From positions 685 to 64,684 of the forward strand of contig DASQGZ010000047.1 of NCBI GenBank assembly GCA_035632315.1: 64,000 nt of DNA. The letters are read 5' to 3'. This DNA is from Candidatus Kapaibacterium sp. Lineage in GTDB: Bacteria; Bacteroidota; Ignavibacteria; Palsa-1295. The notes below the pieces were generated by a model. The model was not told the DNA's origin, ran no database searches, and saw only the letters and a list, made by a program, of their open reading frames with translations. Both the position numbers and the translations under genes were made by a program. Below, piece after piece: positions 10,549 through 20,382 of the stretch (the first letter of the stretch is position 1; each line of letters starts with the position of its first letter).

Positions 10549-10950
10549 TTAACTTACAAGTTCGATGCGTTCTTCGAGCTCAACCGCTGTAACCGAGCGT
10601 GGAGTACGGATAAAACAAATGCGGGCGCGGTCTGCACCTTGCTGCCTGATAAACGGCAGCCAGTTGCTTTCCTCGGCGATTCGAATGACGTGCTTCACAC
10701 GATCGTTCGGCACGGCAAGTTCGGTCGCGTGAAAGCCATCGGGTTCGAACGTAGCAAGAAATTCTTTCACCAGTTCTTCGAGCGGCTTCGAAACAAAGAA
10801 AAAATGGATCCGAACATTGGCGCCTTCGTGCGAGACCCGCGGAGCAAACGGCATACCGCTCGCCGAAACGAATGACGTAAATGCCTCTTCGAGTGCGGCA
10901 GGAAAAATCACATCAGTTTCTGACGGTATCCGGTAGATCGGCAGGCTCAT
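10549..10950 (-). CDS. hypothetical protein
   Basis: 133-aa ORF, co-directional with and upstream of rnr, divergent from recG. No motif recognised. Confidence 0.45.
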   Translation of the reverse strand: MSLPIYRIPSETDVIFPAALEEAFTSFVSASGMPFAPRVSHEGANVRIHFFFVSKPLEELVKEFLATFEPDGFHATELAVPNDRVKHVIRIAEESNWLPFIRQQGADRARICFIRTPRSVTAVELEERIELVS

Positions 10951-10995
10951 ATCTGTTCTATAATACGTTTCTTATGGTAGTTTTGTTGCTTAGCT

Positions 10996-13242
10996 ATCGC
11001 AGAAAAATCCATACATACCGAACGAGAATACCCGCTGCAATGGATCAAAGGCGTCGGGCTTAAACGTGCAGAGGCGTTTGCCGAAGCAGGCATCTCGACA
11101 TTTGAAGAACTTGTCGAGTTCTTCCCTCGCCGCTATATTGATGCCCGCACGGTCATCCGTTTTGCCGACGCTTCAAACTATCTCTGGCGATCGGTCACGG
11201 TACGAGGCACGGTTCTTCGTGTTCAGCATTTTTCTTATCGCAAACCGAATCGCACACAGATCACGCTTACCGACGATACAGGGGTACTTCATCTTGTTTA
11301 TTTTCAATATGCCGATTGGATCGCAAAACAATATAAGCAAGGCGATGACATTGTTGCGATCGGTTACATCGGCATATATCGGGGCGAACCGCAGATCGTA
11401 CATCCTGAGTTTGTTGAGAAAGTAAATGAATCCGAAGAGCTTGCTTCCGGAAAAATGCTTCCTGTGTATCCAAATTTGCAAGCGTTCAAGAATGCGAAGA
11501 TTTCTCAGCAACATCTGAGAAAAATATTTACGGAAGTTCTTGCTGCATTGGATTTTCCGAAGATCACTCACGAAGTCCTCCCGCCGGAACTTCTCACGAA
11601 ATATAGTTTGCCGGAGCGAACGCCGGCATTTGTTCAAATGCACCATCCTGATTCGCCCGAATCGAACGAACGCGCTCGCTTGCGATTGATCTATGAAGAG
11701 TTGTTCTTTCTCCAACTTCGATTTGCAGTCGAACGCAACCGAGTAGAAGCTCTTGGACAACAGGGTATAAAATTCGATGTCTCGTCGCTCGGCACGCCGG
11801 GTATCGCCAATGTATCAGCCGATACCCGAACCCCGATACTCGATACCCGGCTGTCTCTAATACATCAAGTCGTATCAAAACTTCCGTACACCCTGACGAA
11901 GGCACAGCGTCGGGTCCTTGGTGAGATCGCAGCGGATATGTCCAAATCCGATCGCCGCACGCCGATGCACAGACTTGTGCAAGGGGATGTCGGGAGTGGG
12001 AAAACGATCGTAGCATTGCTGGCAATGCTCTGCGCTGTCGAGAATGGTTATCAAACGGCGTTTATGGCGCCGACCGAAGTTCTTGCAAAACAGCACTTCA
12101 ATACTATTTCAGACCTTTTAAAAGACTTACCGATCAAAGTATCACTGCTTATCGGGGGGCAATCAAAAAAACTTCGAAGTGAAATACTTCGTGAACTTGC
12201 CGGCGGGCATACGAACATCATCATCGGCACACACGCATTGCTCGAAGAAAACGTGCAGGTCGAAAAGCTCGGAATGATCGTCGCCGACGAACAGCATAAA
12301 TTCGGTGTCGCTCAGCGAAAGATCCTGATGGAAAAATACAAAGACGCGCCTCCGGATGTTCTGATTATGACAGCAACGCCGATCCCCCGCACGCTGGCAT
12401 TGACACTTTACCAGGACCTCGATGTCAGTACGATCGACGAACTGCCGGCCGGACGAAAACAGATCACGACACGCATCGTAATGCCGAGTGGGCAGCGCGA
12501 ACTTTTTAAACATATCAGAGAGGTCATCAGACGCGGCGAGCAAGTATATATCGTCTATCCACAACTTGAAAAGAGCGAGAAAAAAGATGTGAAGACCGCC
12601 ACAAACGCGTATGAGGTATTTAAAGAAAAGATATTTCCCGACCTGAAGGTCGGATTGATACACGGCAAATTAAAAAGTGAAGAAAAACAAGCAGTGATGC
12701 TCGCATTTCACGGGAAGAAGCTTGATATTCTTGTTGCGACAAGTGTGATCGAAGTTGGCATTGACGTTGCGAACGCGACATTGATGATTATCGGTAATGC
12801 CGAGCGCTTCGGCCTCGCCCAACTCCATCAGTTACGCGGCCGTGTCGGTCGTGGAGGAAAAGCGTCGGAATGCATTCTTGTGCCAAGTGAAAAACTCGAA
12901 CCGAAAGCCGATGAAACGGTTGCCAGCGACGACATTGCTGACCGCACTGCGGCGATGGAACGGCTTCGTGTGATCGAACGTACGACGAACGGATTCGAGA
13001 TCGCCAAAGCAGACCTCGCACTTCGCGGTCCCGGCGATTTTCTCGGCACACAGCAATCGGGAGTATTAAAGCTGAAACTTGCAGATATTGTCCGTGATGA
13101 AACCATCGTACAACAAGCTGCGAACGACACCGAAGAGTTGATGAAAAAAGACCCACAGCTTCGGATGAAAGAGCATCAGGCGACACGCCAAGAATTACTC
13201 AGGCTCTATCAACAAAGAGAAAGCTTTTTGGAGGTGGGGTGA
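10996..13242 (+). CDS. recG: ATP-dependent DNA helicase RecG (start codon uncertain or non-canonical)
   Basis: Helicase motifs GDVGSGKT, DEQHKFG, TATPIPRT and QLHQLRGRVGRG. The wedge-domain N-terminus (PLQWIKGVGLKRAEAF..FPRRYIDAR) is in the same frame upstream of the first ATG (11455). That frame is open from 10981 but has no ATG/GTG/TTG. Confidence 0.88.
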   Translation: MAEKSIHTEREYPLQWIKGVGLKRAEAFAEAGISTFEELVEFFPRRYIDARTVIRFADASNYLWRSVTVRGTVLRVQHFSYRKPNRTQITLTDDTGVLHLVYFQYADWIAKQYKQGDDIVAIGYIGIYRGEPQIVHPEFVEKVNESEELASGKMLPVYPNLQAFKNAKISQQHLRKIFTEVLAALDFPKITHEVLPPELLTKYSLPERTPAFVQMHHPDSPESNERARLRLIYEELFFLQLRFAVERNRVEALGQQGIKFDVSSLGTPGIANVSADTRTPILDTRLSLIHQVVSKLPYTLTKAQRRVLGEIAADMSKSDRRTPMHRLVQGDVGSGKTIVALLAMLCAVENGYQTAFMAPTEVLAKQHFNTISDLLKDLPIKVSLLIGGQSKKLRSEILRELAGGHTNIIIGTHALLEENVQVEKLGMIVADEQHKFGVAQRKILMEKYKDAPPDVLIMTATPIPRTLALTLYQDLDVSTIDELPAGRKQITTRIVMPSGQRELFKHIREVIRRGEQVYIVYPQLEKSEKKDVKTATNAYEVFKEKIFPDLKVGLIHGKLKSEEKQAVMLAFHGKKLDILVATSVIEVGIDVANATLMIIGNAERFGLAQLHQLRGRVGRGGKASECILVPSEKLEPKADETVASDDIADRTAAMERLRVIERTTNGFEIAKADLALRGPGDFLGTQQSGVLKLKLADIVRDETIVQQAANDTEELMKKDPQLRMKEHQATRQELLRLYQQRESFLEVG

Positions 13243-14469
13243 TTATGCTGTAGCGTACTTTGATGTTGGGCGTACTCTCCTGATCAATAGCAACCCCGAT
13301 CCAAAAAACAACACCAGTGACAGTATCGCCTGCCGCTGACCGAATGCCGCCGACAATGCCCCAAACACAAGCGGTCCGATGACTGCCGATGCTTTACCCG
13401 CAAATCCATCGTAAAATCCGAAAAATTCTGCTGTGTGTTCTATAGGCGTTAACAATGCCATCATCGAACGCGATGCCGATTGGCTTGAACCGAGAGAAAT
13501 GCCGGCAAAGATCGCAACGATATAGAATGATACCGCATCGGTAGCGAAAAATGCACCGATGACGACACCGAGCCAAATAAAAAGCGTTATGATGATCGTC
13601 GTTTTCGGTCCGAGTTTATCAGTAACCACACCAAAAATAAGCGAGCCGGCGATCGCGACTGTTTGCACCATTGCATAGAGAATGATCAGCTCTTGCATCC
13701 CGAACCGCAATGTATCCTTTGCATAAATTCCGGCAAACCCGATAACCGTGAGGATCGCATCGTTATAAATAAAAAAAGCAACAAGAAACATTGAAAGCGA
13801 CCTGTGCTTACGGAGATTCCTCATTGTCTTTCTGACTTCCCGTAGTCCGTCGCCGATCGTCCGGAAAGAGAACCGCCCTCGTACGTTGCTGCCTTCAGGT
13901 ACGAATAAGAATATCGGCAGAGAAAAAAACAGAAACATCGCCGCTGTAACGAGAAATGTTTCTTTATACAACCCCTTTGTGAGAAACGGAATCGTTGCGG
14001 CAAGTGCGGCAAGTGAGCCGAGATAGCCTACCGCAAAACCAATACCTGAGACGCGCCCAATCTTTTCCGGCGGTGCGATCTGCGGTAAAAAGGCATCATA
14101 AAAGACCGTGCCTCCTTCGAAACCGGCATTAGCAATAATAAAAATAACCGAACCAAGGATGATCATTCCGCTATCGAGCCAATACGCTGCTGCCGTTCCG
14201 AGAACCGCGGCAAGCGTAAACGCAAACAGAAATTTCTTTTTTGAACCGGTGGAATCTGCGATCGCGCCCAAGCCCGGAGCGATAAGCGCGACAAGCAGCA
14301 TCGAACCCGAAAGCGTGAGCCCCCAATACAGATCTTTGTTCGGGTTGTTCACGATGACCCCGGTATAAAACTGCGGGAACACGAACGTGGACATAATAAT
14401 AGCGAACGAACTGTTCGCAAAATCGAACATACTCCACGCCGCGACAACGGATTTTTTTAATTGCTGCAT
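13243..14469 (-). CDS. MFS transporter (UMF1/Atg22-like family)
   Basis: 408 aa and polytopic. N-terminus VAAWSMFDFANSSFAIIMSTFVFPQFY is typical of the UMF1 subfamily. Confidence 0.78.
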   Translation of the reverse strand: MQQLKKSVVAAWSMFDFANSSFAIIMSTFVFPQFYTGVIVNNPNKDLYWGLTLSGSMLLVALIAPGLGAIADSTGSKKKFLFAFTLAAVLGTAAAYWLDSGMIILGSVIFIIANAGFEGGTVFYDAFLPQIAPPEKIGRVSGIGFAVGYLGSLAALAATIPFLTKGLYKETFLVTAAMFLFFSLPIFLFVPEGSNVRGRFSFRTIGDGLREVRKTMRNLRKHRSLSMFLVAFFIYNDAILTVIGFAGIYAKDTLRFGMQELIILYAMVQTVAIAGSLIFGVVTDKLGPKTTIIITLFIWLGVVIGAFFATDAVSFYIVAIFAGISLGSSQSASRSMMALLTPIEHTAEFFGFYDGFAGKASAVIGPLVFGALSAAFGQRQAILSLVLFFGSGLLLIRRVRPTSKYATA

Positions 14470-14529
14470 AAATGTCGACTACGAAAATAGAGAGATTTTA
14501 TAATTCAAGAGCAGAAAATCGAGAATTGG

Positions 14530-15099
14530 TTACGATAATATATTCAACTCCGGTAATTTTTCTTGTTTGCCGAGGCAGCGATGAATAATACTTATTACTT
14601 CTTGTGGGTCGTTCACGAGGAAAACAAAATGTTCTTTGCCCTTATATGAAGGCTGTGAGAAAAGACTTTCGCAGAACTGCTGCCATTCTTTGCCGAGAAG
14701 AATGAGTGGCTTTTGCTCGATAAATCCTTTGATGAAATAATCCCAGACAGTCGTAACTTCGACGAGTGTGCCGGGTGATATGCCGCAAGCGACGTATGCA
14801 TCGGCAAGTGAAATAAGCTCCATCAACCGATCGACCGCGCTCGAAACACGAAGCTCTTTTTTGACGAACTCATTCATTATTCGTCCGCGATTATGATAGA
14901 TATTCGCTGTCACTCCGACCGTTCCGCCACCGTGCTCGTGCGCGCCTTTCGACGACGCCTCCATCACACCATCATATCCGCCGGTAACGACTGCAAATCC
15001 GGCATCGGCAAGCAGCGAGCCGAGTTCGTATGCCCGACTATAGACCGTATCCCCTGCCTTACATTCGCTTGGTCCGAAAATGGTAATTAGCTTTTTCAC
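14530..15099 (-). CDS. LOG-like / TIGR00725-type Rossmann-fold nucleotide-binding protein
   Basis: 189 aa. Motifs VVTGGYDGVMEASSKGA and GISPGTLVEV resemble the LOG/SLOG fold. 4-nt overlap with the upstream cysteine desulfurase. Confidence 0.65.
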   Translation of the reverse strand: MKKLITIFGPSECKAGDTVYSRAYELGSLLADAGFAVVTGGYDGVMEASSKGAHEHGGGTVGVTANIYHNRGRIMNEFVKKELRVSSAVDRLMELISLADAYVACGISPGTLVEVTTVWDYFIKGFIEQKPLILLGKEWQQFCESLFSQPSYKGKEHFVFLVNDPQEVISIIHRCLGKQEKLPELNILS

Positions 15100-16241
15100 C
15101 GAATGATCTTTATTAATGCTGCAACGAATAAGTCAATATCACTCGCCAAATTGTCTTTCGAAAGTGAAATTCGGATCGACTTTGCTGCTACTTCATCCCC
15201 TTTGCCCATCGCACGAAGAACATGTGAAGGCTGGAGCGTCCCCGATGTACAGGCCGCGCCGTTCGATACGGCAATACCGGCAAGATCGAGATTAAAAATA
15301 AGCGCTTCTTCATCGATACGCTGTAATACTTCGGACACAAACGATATATTTACGATCGAATCAACGCACCTTTCATCCGAAAGAGAGTTGATGACAACTT
15401 CAGACATCGATGTTAGTTGTGTAAGAAGATCGTCGCGTAATTTTTTTATGTGATCTGCCCGTGCATCAAATTCTTCTCGTGCGAGCCGCGCTGCTTCTCC
15501 AAAACCTACTGCAAGAGCGACAGCTTCGGTCCCGCCGCGTCGGTTGCGTTCCTGAGACCCTCCGTGAAGAAGCGGTTCGATCTGAACCCCTCGCCGTATG
15601 TATAACGCCCCGATGCCTTTTGGACCGTGAATCTTATGAGCGGAAACCGATAATAGATCGATGCCCAGCTCGTGAACATCGAATTTGATCTTCCCCATCG
15701 CCTGAACCGCATCAGTGTGGATGAGTGCTTCCGGGGCAGCTTCTTTTATTTCCGATGCAAGCTGCTTCACATCGTTTATCGTCCCTACTTCATTATTAAC
15801 ATACATCAAAGATGATAGTGTTAACCGTTTCGGAAGGTTGCCTATGCTGATAACGCCATTTTCATCGACGGATGAGTTGATCATCGAAACCCCAAGTTCT
15901 TCAAGAAATCGAACTGGTTCGAGGACGGCATGGTGTTCGATCGGTGAAGTAAGAATAGAGCAATCGAAGAATGCTTTGTTTCTTTTAAGTTCGGAAAATA
16001 TAGCGCCAGTTATTGCATAATTATTTGCTTCGGTGCCTCCGGAGGTAAATACAATTTCGGCAGCATCGGCGCCGATGCTGCGGGCAACCGATTCCCGTGC
16101 TTCTTCAAGCGCAACTTTTACTTCGCGGCCAAGAGAATGAATGCTTGAGGCATTTCCATATCGTTCACCGAGGTATGGTTGCATCGCAGCTGAGACGCGC
16201 TCGTCAAGCTTTGTTGTCGCGCTGTTGTCAAGATAGATCAT
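15096..16241 (-). CDS. cysteine desulfurase (NifS/IscS-type class V aminotransferase)
   Basis: 381 aa. PLP-lysine motif SVSAHKIHGPKGIGALYIR, TSGGTEANN, and catalytic Cys loop SNGAACTSG. Confidence 0.88.
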   Translation of the reverse strand: MIYLDNSATTKLDERVSAAMQPYLGERYGNASSIHSLGREVKVALEEARESVARSIGADAAEIVFTSGGTEANNYAITGAIFSELKRNKAFFDCSILTSPIEHHAVLEPVRFLEELGVSMINSSVDENGVISIGNLPKRLTLSSLMYVNNEVGTINDVKQLASEIKEAAPEALIHTDAVQAMGKIKFDVHELGIDLLSVSAHKIHGPKGIGALYIRRGVQIEPLLHGGSQERNRRGGTEAVALAVGFGEAARLAREEFDARADHIKKLRDDLLTQLTSMSEVVINSLSDERCVDSIVNISFVSEVLQRIDEEALIFNLDLAGIAVSNGAACTSGTLQPSHVLRAMGKGDEVAAKSIRISLSKDNLASDIDLFVAALIKIIR

Positions 16242-16298
16242 ACCGTGCGTTTAACACGGAAGCGATCAGTGTCATTCGAGAATGTTAGAATCGGCAAG

Positions 16299-16362
16299 AC
16301 CCCGGCTCGTAGCGTCGGGGTTTGCAGCTACCCTACCTGAGGGGTAAACAAAGACAGGGTAG
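16299..16362 (-). terminator. hairpin cluster downstream of the ECF sigma operon (putative terminator)
   Basis: Stem ACCCCG (16299-16304) / CGGGGT (16316-16321) and stem CTACCCT (16328-16334) / AGGGTAG (16356-16362), directly after the stop at 16382. The U-tract is weak. Confidence 0.45.
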
Positions 16363-16381
16363 ATTGTCGTAGGAACAATTA

Positions 16382-16954
16382 TTAATGTCCGCCGGGAGGA
16401 TTTCCACCCTGCTTGCCCGGCTTAAGGTGCTTTGGAAAAGGGTGGCCCGGATGGTTCTCCCTCCATTGCCGTACTTTTTCACGGACACGGCGATTAAATT
16501 CATGTTCGAATACCAATAGCTTTGCACGTTGGCGCGGGTTCAGTACCGGCTTCAGCTCATCGTTGAGTTTCAATGCGCGATCTTCGATCTGATCGTTGAG
16601 CGACTTGATGCTTTGAATCGTAGGATCGACATCGGCATCTTTGTAATTGCCCTGTGTCAATTGCAGAAGTTTTGCTTCTTCCTGATTGCGCTGTTTCACG
16701 AGTGCCGCCATATCTTGCTCAGCAGGTGTATAGATCGTGAAAAATTTTGCCGCCGTTTCGTCATCGAGCGAAAGCGTCTCGCGAAGTTTTTGATGCTTTA
16801 CCTCGACGATCTTCTGCATCAGCTGCTCGAACCGGCCGCCTTGCGGAGGCGGAGGCGCTGTTCCTTCTTCTTGCGCAAACACCCGAGGCGCTGCGAAGAG
16901 AAGCCCGCAGATGGCGAGCCGCTTGATCGTTTGTTGTACTGACAGTCGTGACAT
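16382..16954 (-). CDS. periplasmic Spy/CpxP-like (LTxxQ-type) protein
   Basis: 190 aa. Signal peptide (LAICGLLFAAPRVFAQ), helical charged body, LNPRQRAKLLVFEHEF. Last gene of the ECF sigma/anti-sigma operon. Confidence 0.45.
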   Translation of the reverse strand: MSRLSVQQTIKRLAICGLLFAAPRVFAQEEGTAPPPPQGGRFEQLMQKIVEVKHQKLRETLSLDDETAAKFFTIYTPAEQDMAALVKQRNQEEAKLLQLTQGNYKDADVDPTIQSIKSLNDQIEDRALKLNDELKPVLNPRQRAKLLVFEHEFNRRVREKVRQWRENHPGHPFPKHLKPGKQGGNPPGGH

Positions 16955-16978
16955 TTCTTACAATCCTTTCTTACACTC

Positions 16979-17614
16979 TTAATTCGACATCGTACTGACA
17001 TCCGCCAGGACAGATTTTAATTCAGCTTCCGAGAGCGTCGAATAATCTACGGGCTCGTCAGGTTTCCCGGGAGAAAGGGTGATATCATAATTCGAAAGAT
17101 CGCTCGCTGCATCGGCGATATTTTCTTCGCTTGAAGTTTGCTTGGTACCGCTCGGATGAGATAATTCGACTTTTGCAAACTTCGGCGATTGCTTCGCCGT
17201 CGAAATGTGCGGCGTTGTTGCAACTGCTGCAGGTCCTGTGGCAGGAGCACTCGGAACAGAAACTTGGGGGGCAGTCGTGTTCGCAGGTGCCGGCACATTC
17301 ATCGCAACAACGGGCGTCGGATTATTCGATTCGTTCGAGCGGAAGATCATCACCGAAGCAACGGCCATAACAACAGCCGCTGTGCCAACTGCAATCATGC
17401 GAAACGCCGATGCCGAGAACCACTCGATGACCGTGCTGACTATCGAACGGCTTGCGGCCGCTTTTTTCGCATCGATCTTCTCATTCAAGCGGACGCGGAA
17501 GTTCGCCCAGTAGCGATCATCGGGTTCGTTTGAACTGTAGGGAACGCCGAACGAGCGAAGCTCGTCTTCCATCCTCTTCAATTCGTTCTCGTTATATGAT
17601 TCGTCCTGCTTCAT
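16979..17614 (-). CDS. putative anti-sigma factor (single-pass membrane protein)
   Basis: 211 aa. Its start overlaps the sigma-factor stop by 4 nt. One TM helix (FRMIAVGTAAVVMAVASVMIF) is followed by a Pro/Ala/Thr-rich extracytoplasmic tail. Confidence 0.5.
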   Translation of the reverse strand: MKQDESYNENELKRMEDELRSFGVPYSSNEPDDRYWANFRVRLNEKIDAKKAAASRSIVSTVIEWFSASAFRMIAVGTAAVVMAVASVMIFRSNESNNPTPVVAMNVPAPANTTAPQVSVPSAPATGPAAVATTPHISTAKQSPKFAKVELSHPSGTKQTSSEENIADAASDLSNYDITLSPGKPDEPVDYSTLSEAELKSVLADVSTMSN

Positions 17615-18288
17615 TGCTTGGGTTCAAACTTTTGCATCATCGTAATCTGTTCGTCGTTCGATCGTTGTACGTATTCCGTTATTTTCCGGGCTGCGTGAAA
17701 ATAATTCGCTTTCAATCCGCCGACGCTTGTCCCGAGGATCGATGCAATATCCTCGTATGACATCTCATCATAAAATCTCATCAAAAACACTTCGCGTTGT
17801 TTTGGGGGCAGCGTTTCGATCGCTTCTTCGATGAGCTTCGTCATTTCGTGCCGCTCGATCCCTTCGTCCGGCGAGGCGCCATCGGCTGCGATCGTTTCTG
17901 CGACATCGTCAAGCTCGACATCTTTTTTTACGCGCTTGCGGCGGCTCTTGTAGATCACCGCATTCATCATAATGCGATAGACCCATGTGTAAAACTGCGA
18001 TTCACCGCGAAAGCTGCCAAGCGCTTCGTACACTTTCACGAATGTCTCCTGCGCTATTTCATCGGCTTCGTCATGATCGCCGCCGACCATCTTCCGTGCC
18101 GCAAAATACACCCGTTTCTGGTACCGCTCGACAAGTATCGTGAAGCTCGTATGCTGCTCGCCCGCCTGAAATCGGGAGACCAGTTCCTGATCGCTCAGGT
18201 TCTTGTATTCTTCACGTAAATTCATCTCGCGGGGGGAAACATCCTGAACTCGTCTCGCGTTTATTATTCCCGTTTTCAAGGTTCTCAA
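17611..18288 (-). CDS. RNA polymerase ECF-type sigma-70 family factor
   Basis: Region 2 (LVERYQKRVYFAARKMVG..DEADEIAQETFVKVY) and region 4 (LPPKQREVFLMRFYDEMSYEDIASILGTSVGGLKANYFHA). ATG at 18225 (MNLREEY) is the likelier start. Confidence 0.85.
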   Translation of the reverse strand: MRTLKTGIINARRVQDVSPREMNLREEYKNLSDQELVSRFQAGEQHTSFTILVERYQKRVYFAARKMVGGDHDEADEIAQETFVKVYEALGSFRGESQFYTWVYRIMMNAVIYKSRRKRVKKDVELDDVAETIAADGASPDEGIERHEMTKLIEEAIETLPPKQREVFLMRFYDEMSYEDIASILGTSVGGLKANYFHAARKITEYVQRSNDEQITMMQKFEPKQ

Positions 18289-18385
18289 TTACTTAGAGAC
18301 AGAACTAGACGTAAGGTTTAAATAATATATGTGAAAAAAGAGAGGATCCATATACCTTGTAAGCCATTATTTCCCTTGACTTACG

Positions 18386-19288
18386 CTACTCTTCTTCGTC
18401 CGTAAATTTCTCTTCTTCATCTACTGCCCGAGGCGACGAACCAAGAAGGATATCGTGAAAACGTTCGAACGCGTTTTTGGAGGCAGTGTCTTTTTGTTCT
18501 TCGAATAAGATGATGAGGTTGCGCAGCATTCTCAGCAATATCTGGCGTGCGGATGCAGGAAGCAAGAAGGTGTCATAGAACGGCATTCCTGATGTATAGA
18601 GAAAACGCCGGATGTCTTCTTCACGCAGGATGACGCCGCCATTGAATGCATCAATAAACAACGGTTCGGCGGAGCCGTCATATCTAATAAGAAAATGTCC
18701 CGGTGTGCTCGCGCCAGTGAACGGCAATCCGAGGCGATTTGCCGCGATAAGAATGTACAAAACCGAAAGAGAGATCGGAATGCCGAGCCGCCGATCGATC
18801 ACTTGATTGAGATAACTGTTATCCGATTCGAGAAAATTTTGTCGGTTACCCGAAAATCCGCGCGTCTTGAAAAAGAATTCGTTGACGGCGCCGAGCAATT
18901 CGACAGGAGAATGAATGCCTTTAATTCTGTCATGCAGCATTCCGGCAAGCGCATCGAGTTCGCTTTTGTAATACTCGGTGTCAAGCATCGGGTAGTGATA
19001 CCGTGCAATGAGAAACGCACCCTCTTCGAGCATACCCCGTCGCTTCTCTTCGATTTTCGTACGAAGTGTTCTATATTCTTCGATAAGCAGTTCTTCGTTC
19101 ATCTCGCGTGCGATCGCACGTGCGCGCTCGCAGGCAAGCGTATCGGAGGATGTATCTGCAAATTCGAATAATGGCCGAACGATCCCCGCTCCGTGTAATC
19201 GCAGCCGCTCTTCGACCGCAGAAGCGACCGATGCGTCCGGATCGTCGAGCAGTGCTAAGAGCGAAGGTAATTCAGGGTCACTCGTCAT
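18386..19288 (-). CDS. SirB1/transglutaminase-like family protein
   Basis: 300 aa. FFKTRGFSGNRQNFLESDNSYLNQVIDRRLGIPISLSVLYILIAANRLGLPFTGASTPGHFLIRY matches the SirB1-N/transglutaminase-like core pattern. Confidence 0.62.
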   Translation of the reverse strand: MTSDPELPSLLALLDDPDASVASAVEERLRLHGAGIVRPLFEFADTSSDTLACERARAIAREMNEELLIEEYRTLRTKIEEKRRGMLEEGAFLIARYHYPMLDTEYYKSELDALAGMLHDRIKGIHSPVELLGAVNEFFFKTRGFSGNRQNFLESDNSYLNQVIDRRLGIPISLSVLYILIAANRLGLPFTGASTPGHFLIRYDGSAEPLFIDAFNGGVILREEDIRRFLYTSGMPFYDTFLLPASARQILLRMLRNLIILFEEQKDTASKNAFERFHDILLGSSPRAVDEEEKFTDEEE

Positions 19289-19333
19289 TCGTAACCTGAC
19301 AACGCGGCACAGTACGGGAGAGTGTCCTGCTTA

Positions 19334-20353
19334 TTACCTCGGATTGCTGTGCAGGAAGCTTTCTTCGCCTTCGTCGAGGCGTTCGAGTTCTGTCTTGAGA
19401 TACGTGAACGCTTCTTGGGGCGTATCGCTGAAGTGGATGAGGTCGAGGTCGTTTCGGTCGATCATCCCCATATCGGCAAGGAAATTAAGGTCGACCACTT
19501 TCTTCCAGTATTCCGACCCATAGACAATGATCGGCATTTTCTTTTTGATCTTGCCCGTTTGCACAAGCGTCAGACACTCGAACAATTCGTCAACCGTTCC
19601 GTATCCGCCCGGAAAAACCACGAGCGCTTTGCCGAGATAGGCGAACCAGAACTTGCGCATGAAGAAGTAGTGGAATTCGAAATTCAAATCATCGGAGATA
19701 TATGGGTTCGGCATCTGCTCGAACGGCAGCGAGATATTGAAACCGATCGTTCTGCCGCCGGCGAGTGTCGCGCCTTTGTTAGCGGCTTCCATAATACCCG
19801 GACCGCCGCCGGAACAAATAACATATCGCTGCTTGAACGAAAGATTTTTTACATTCTCTAAACTGACGAACGGGATGCGTTCTTTCGGTTCGCCGTTCTT
19901 TTTCTGCTTGCGCTCTTCATCGCTGATTGCCACGTGCATCGACCATTCGGTAATGAGCCGAGCAAGCTCGACGGCGTCTACATAATAGTGCGCCATTTTT
20001 TCTTCGATCTCGGCGCGCCTGCGCGCTGCATCGAGTTCTTTTTTTATCTCTTCTGACGATGCCCCCGATCTGGTAACGAGTGAATCGGAATGAACGACTT
20101 TCAATCTGTCCGCCGACGCTTCTTCGAGACTTTTGATGCGCGCACTGCCGAAAAAAACAATCGTATCTTTAATGCGTTCTTTTGCCAGACGCGAACGCGG
20201 CTCCATATATTCGGCGAGGATACGAAGCAGGCGCGCTTCGGGGCTGACAAGAAACGATTCGTTGAGATAGGCCTTTTCGGCTTGATGTTTCAGCACTATA
20301 TAATTCTCCAGTCTATACAATAATACCGTATGCACGTGCATACGGTTGGGCAA
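19334..20353 (-). CDS. LOG family protein (TIGR00730-type)
   Basis: GGGPGIMEAANKGA and PGGYGTVDELFE (PGGxGTxxE) motifs. 339 aa because of a charged insert of roughly 90 aa after the first strand. Confidence 0.8.
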   Translation of the reverse strand: MPNRMHVHTVLLYRLENYIVLKHQAEKAYLNESFLVSPEARLLRILAEYMEPRSRLAKERIKDTIVFFGSARIKSLEEASADRLKVVHSDSLVTRSGASSEEIKKELDAARRRAEIEEKMAHYYVDAVELARLITEWSMHVAISDEERKQKKNGEPKERIPFVSLENVKNLSFKQRYVICSGGGPGIMEAANKGATLAGGRTIGFNISLPFEQMPNPYISDDLNFEFHYFFMRKFWFAYLGKALVVFPGGYGTVDELFECLTLVQTGKIKKKMPIIVYGSEYWKKVVDLNFLADMGMIDRNDLDLIHFSDTPQEAFTYLKTELERLDEGEESFLHSNPR

Positions 20354-20382
20354 ATGATTGTCGCTTTTTTATTCGATCAAAC

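Noticed and set aside
11173-11760. A 195-aa minus-strand ORF overlapping the recG 5' region, which might explain the missing recG start.
   Set aside because: The + frame across the same region encodes clearly RecG-like wedge-domain sequence continuous with the helicase core. The minus ORF has no recognisable features.
18226-18385. Possible autoregulated ECF promoter upstream of the sigma gene (AACCTT-like -35 elements on the minus strand).
   Set aside because: Two AACCTT strings exist, but the spacing to any CGT or TCT -10-like element did not fit a consistent ECF consensus when counted. It is too weak to call.
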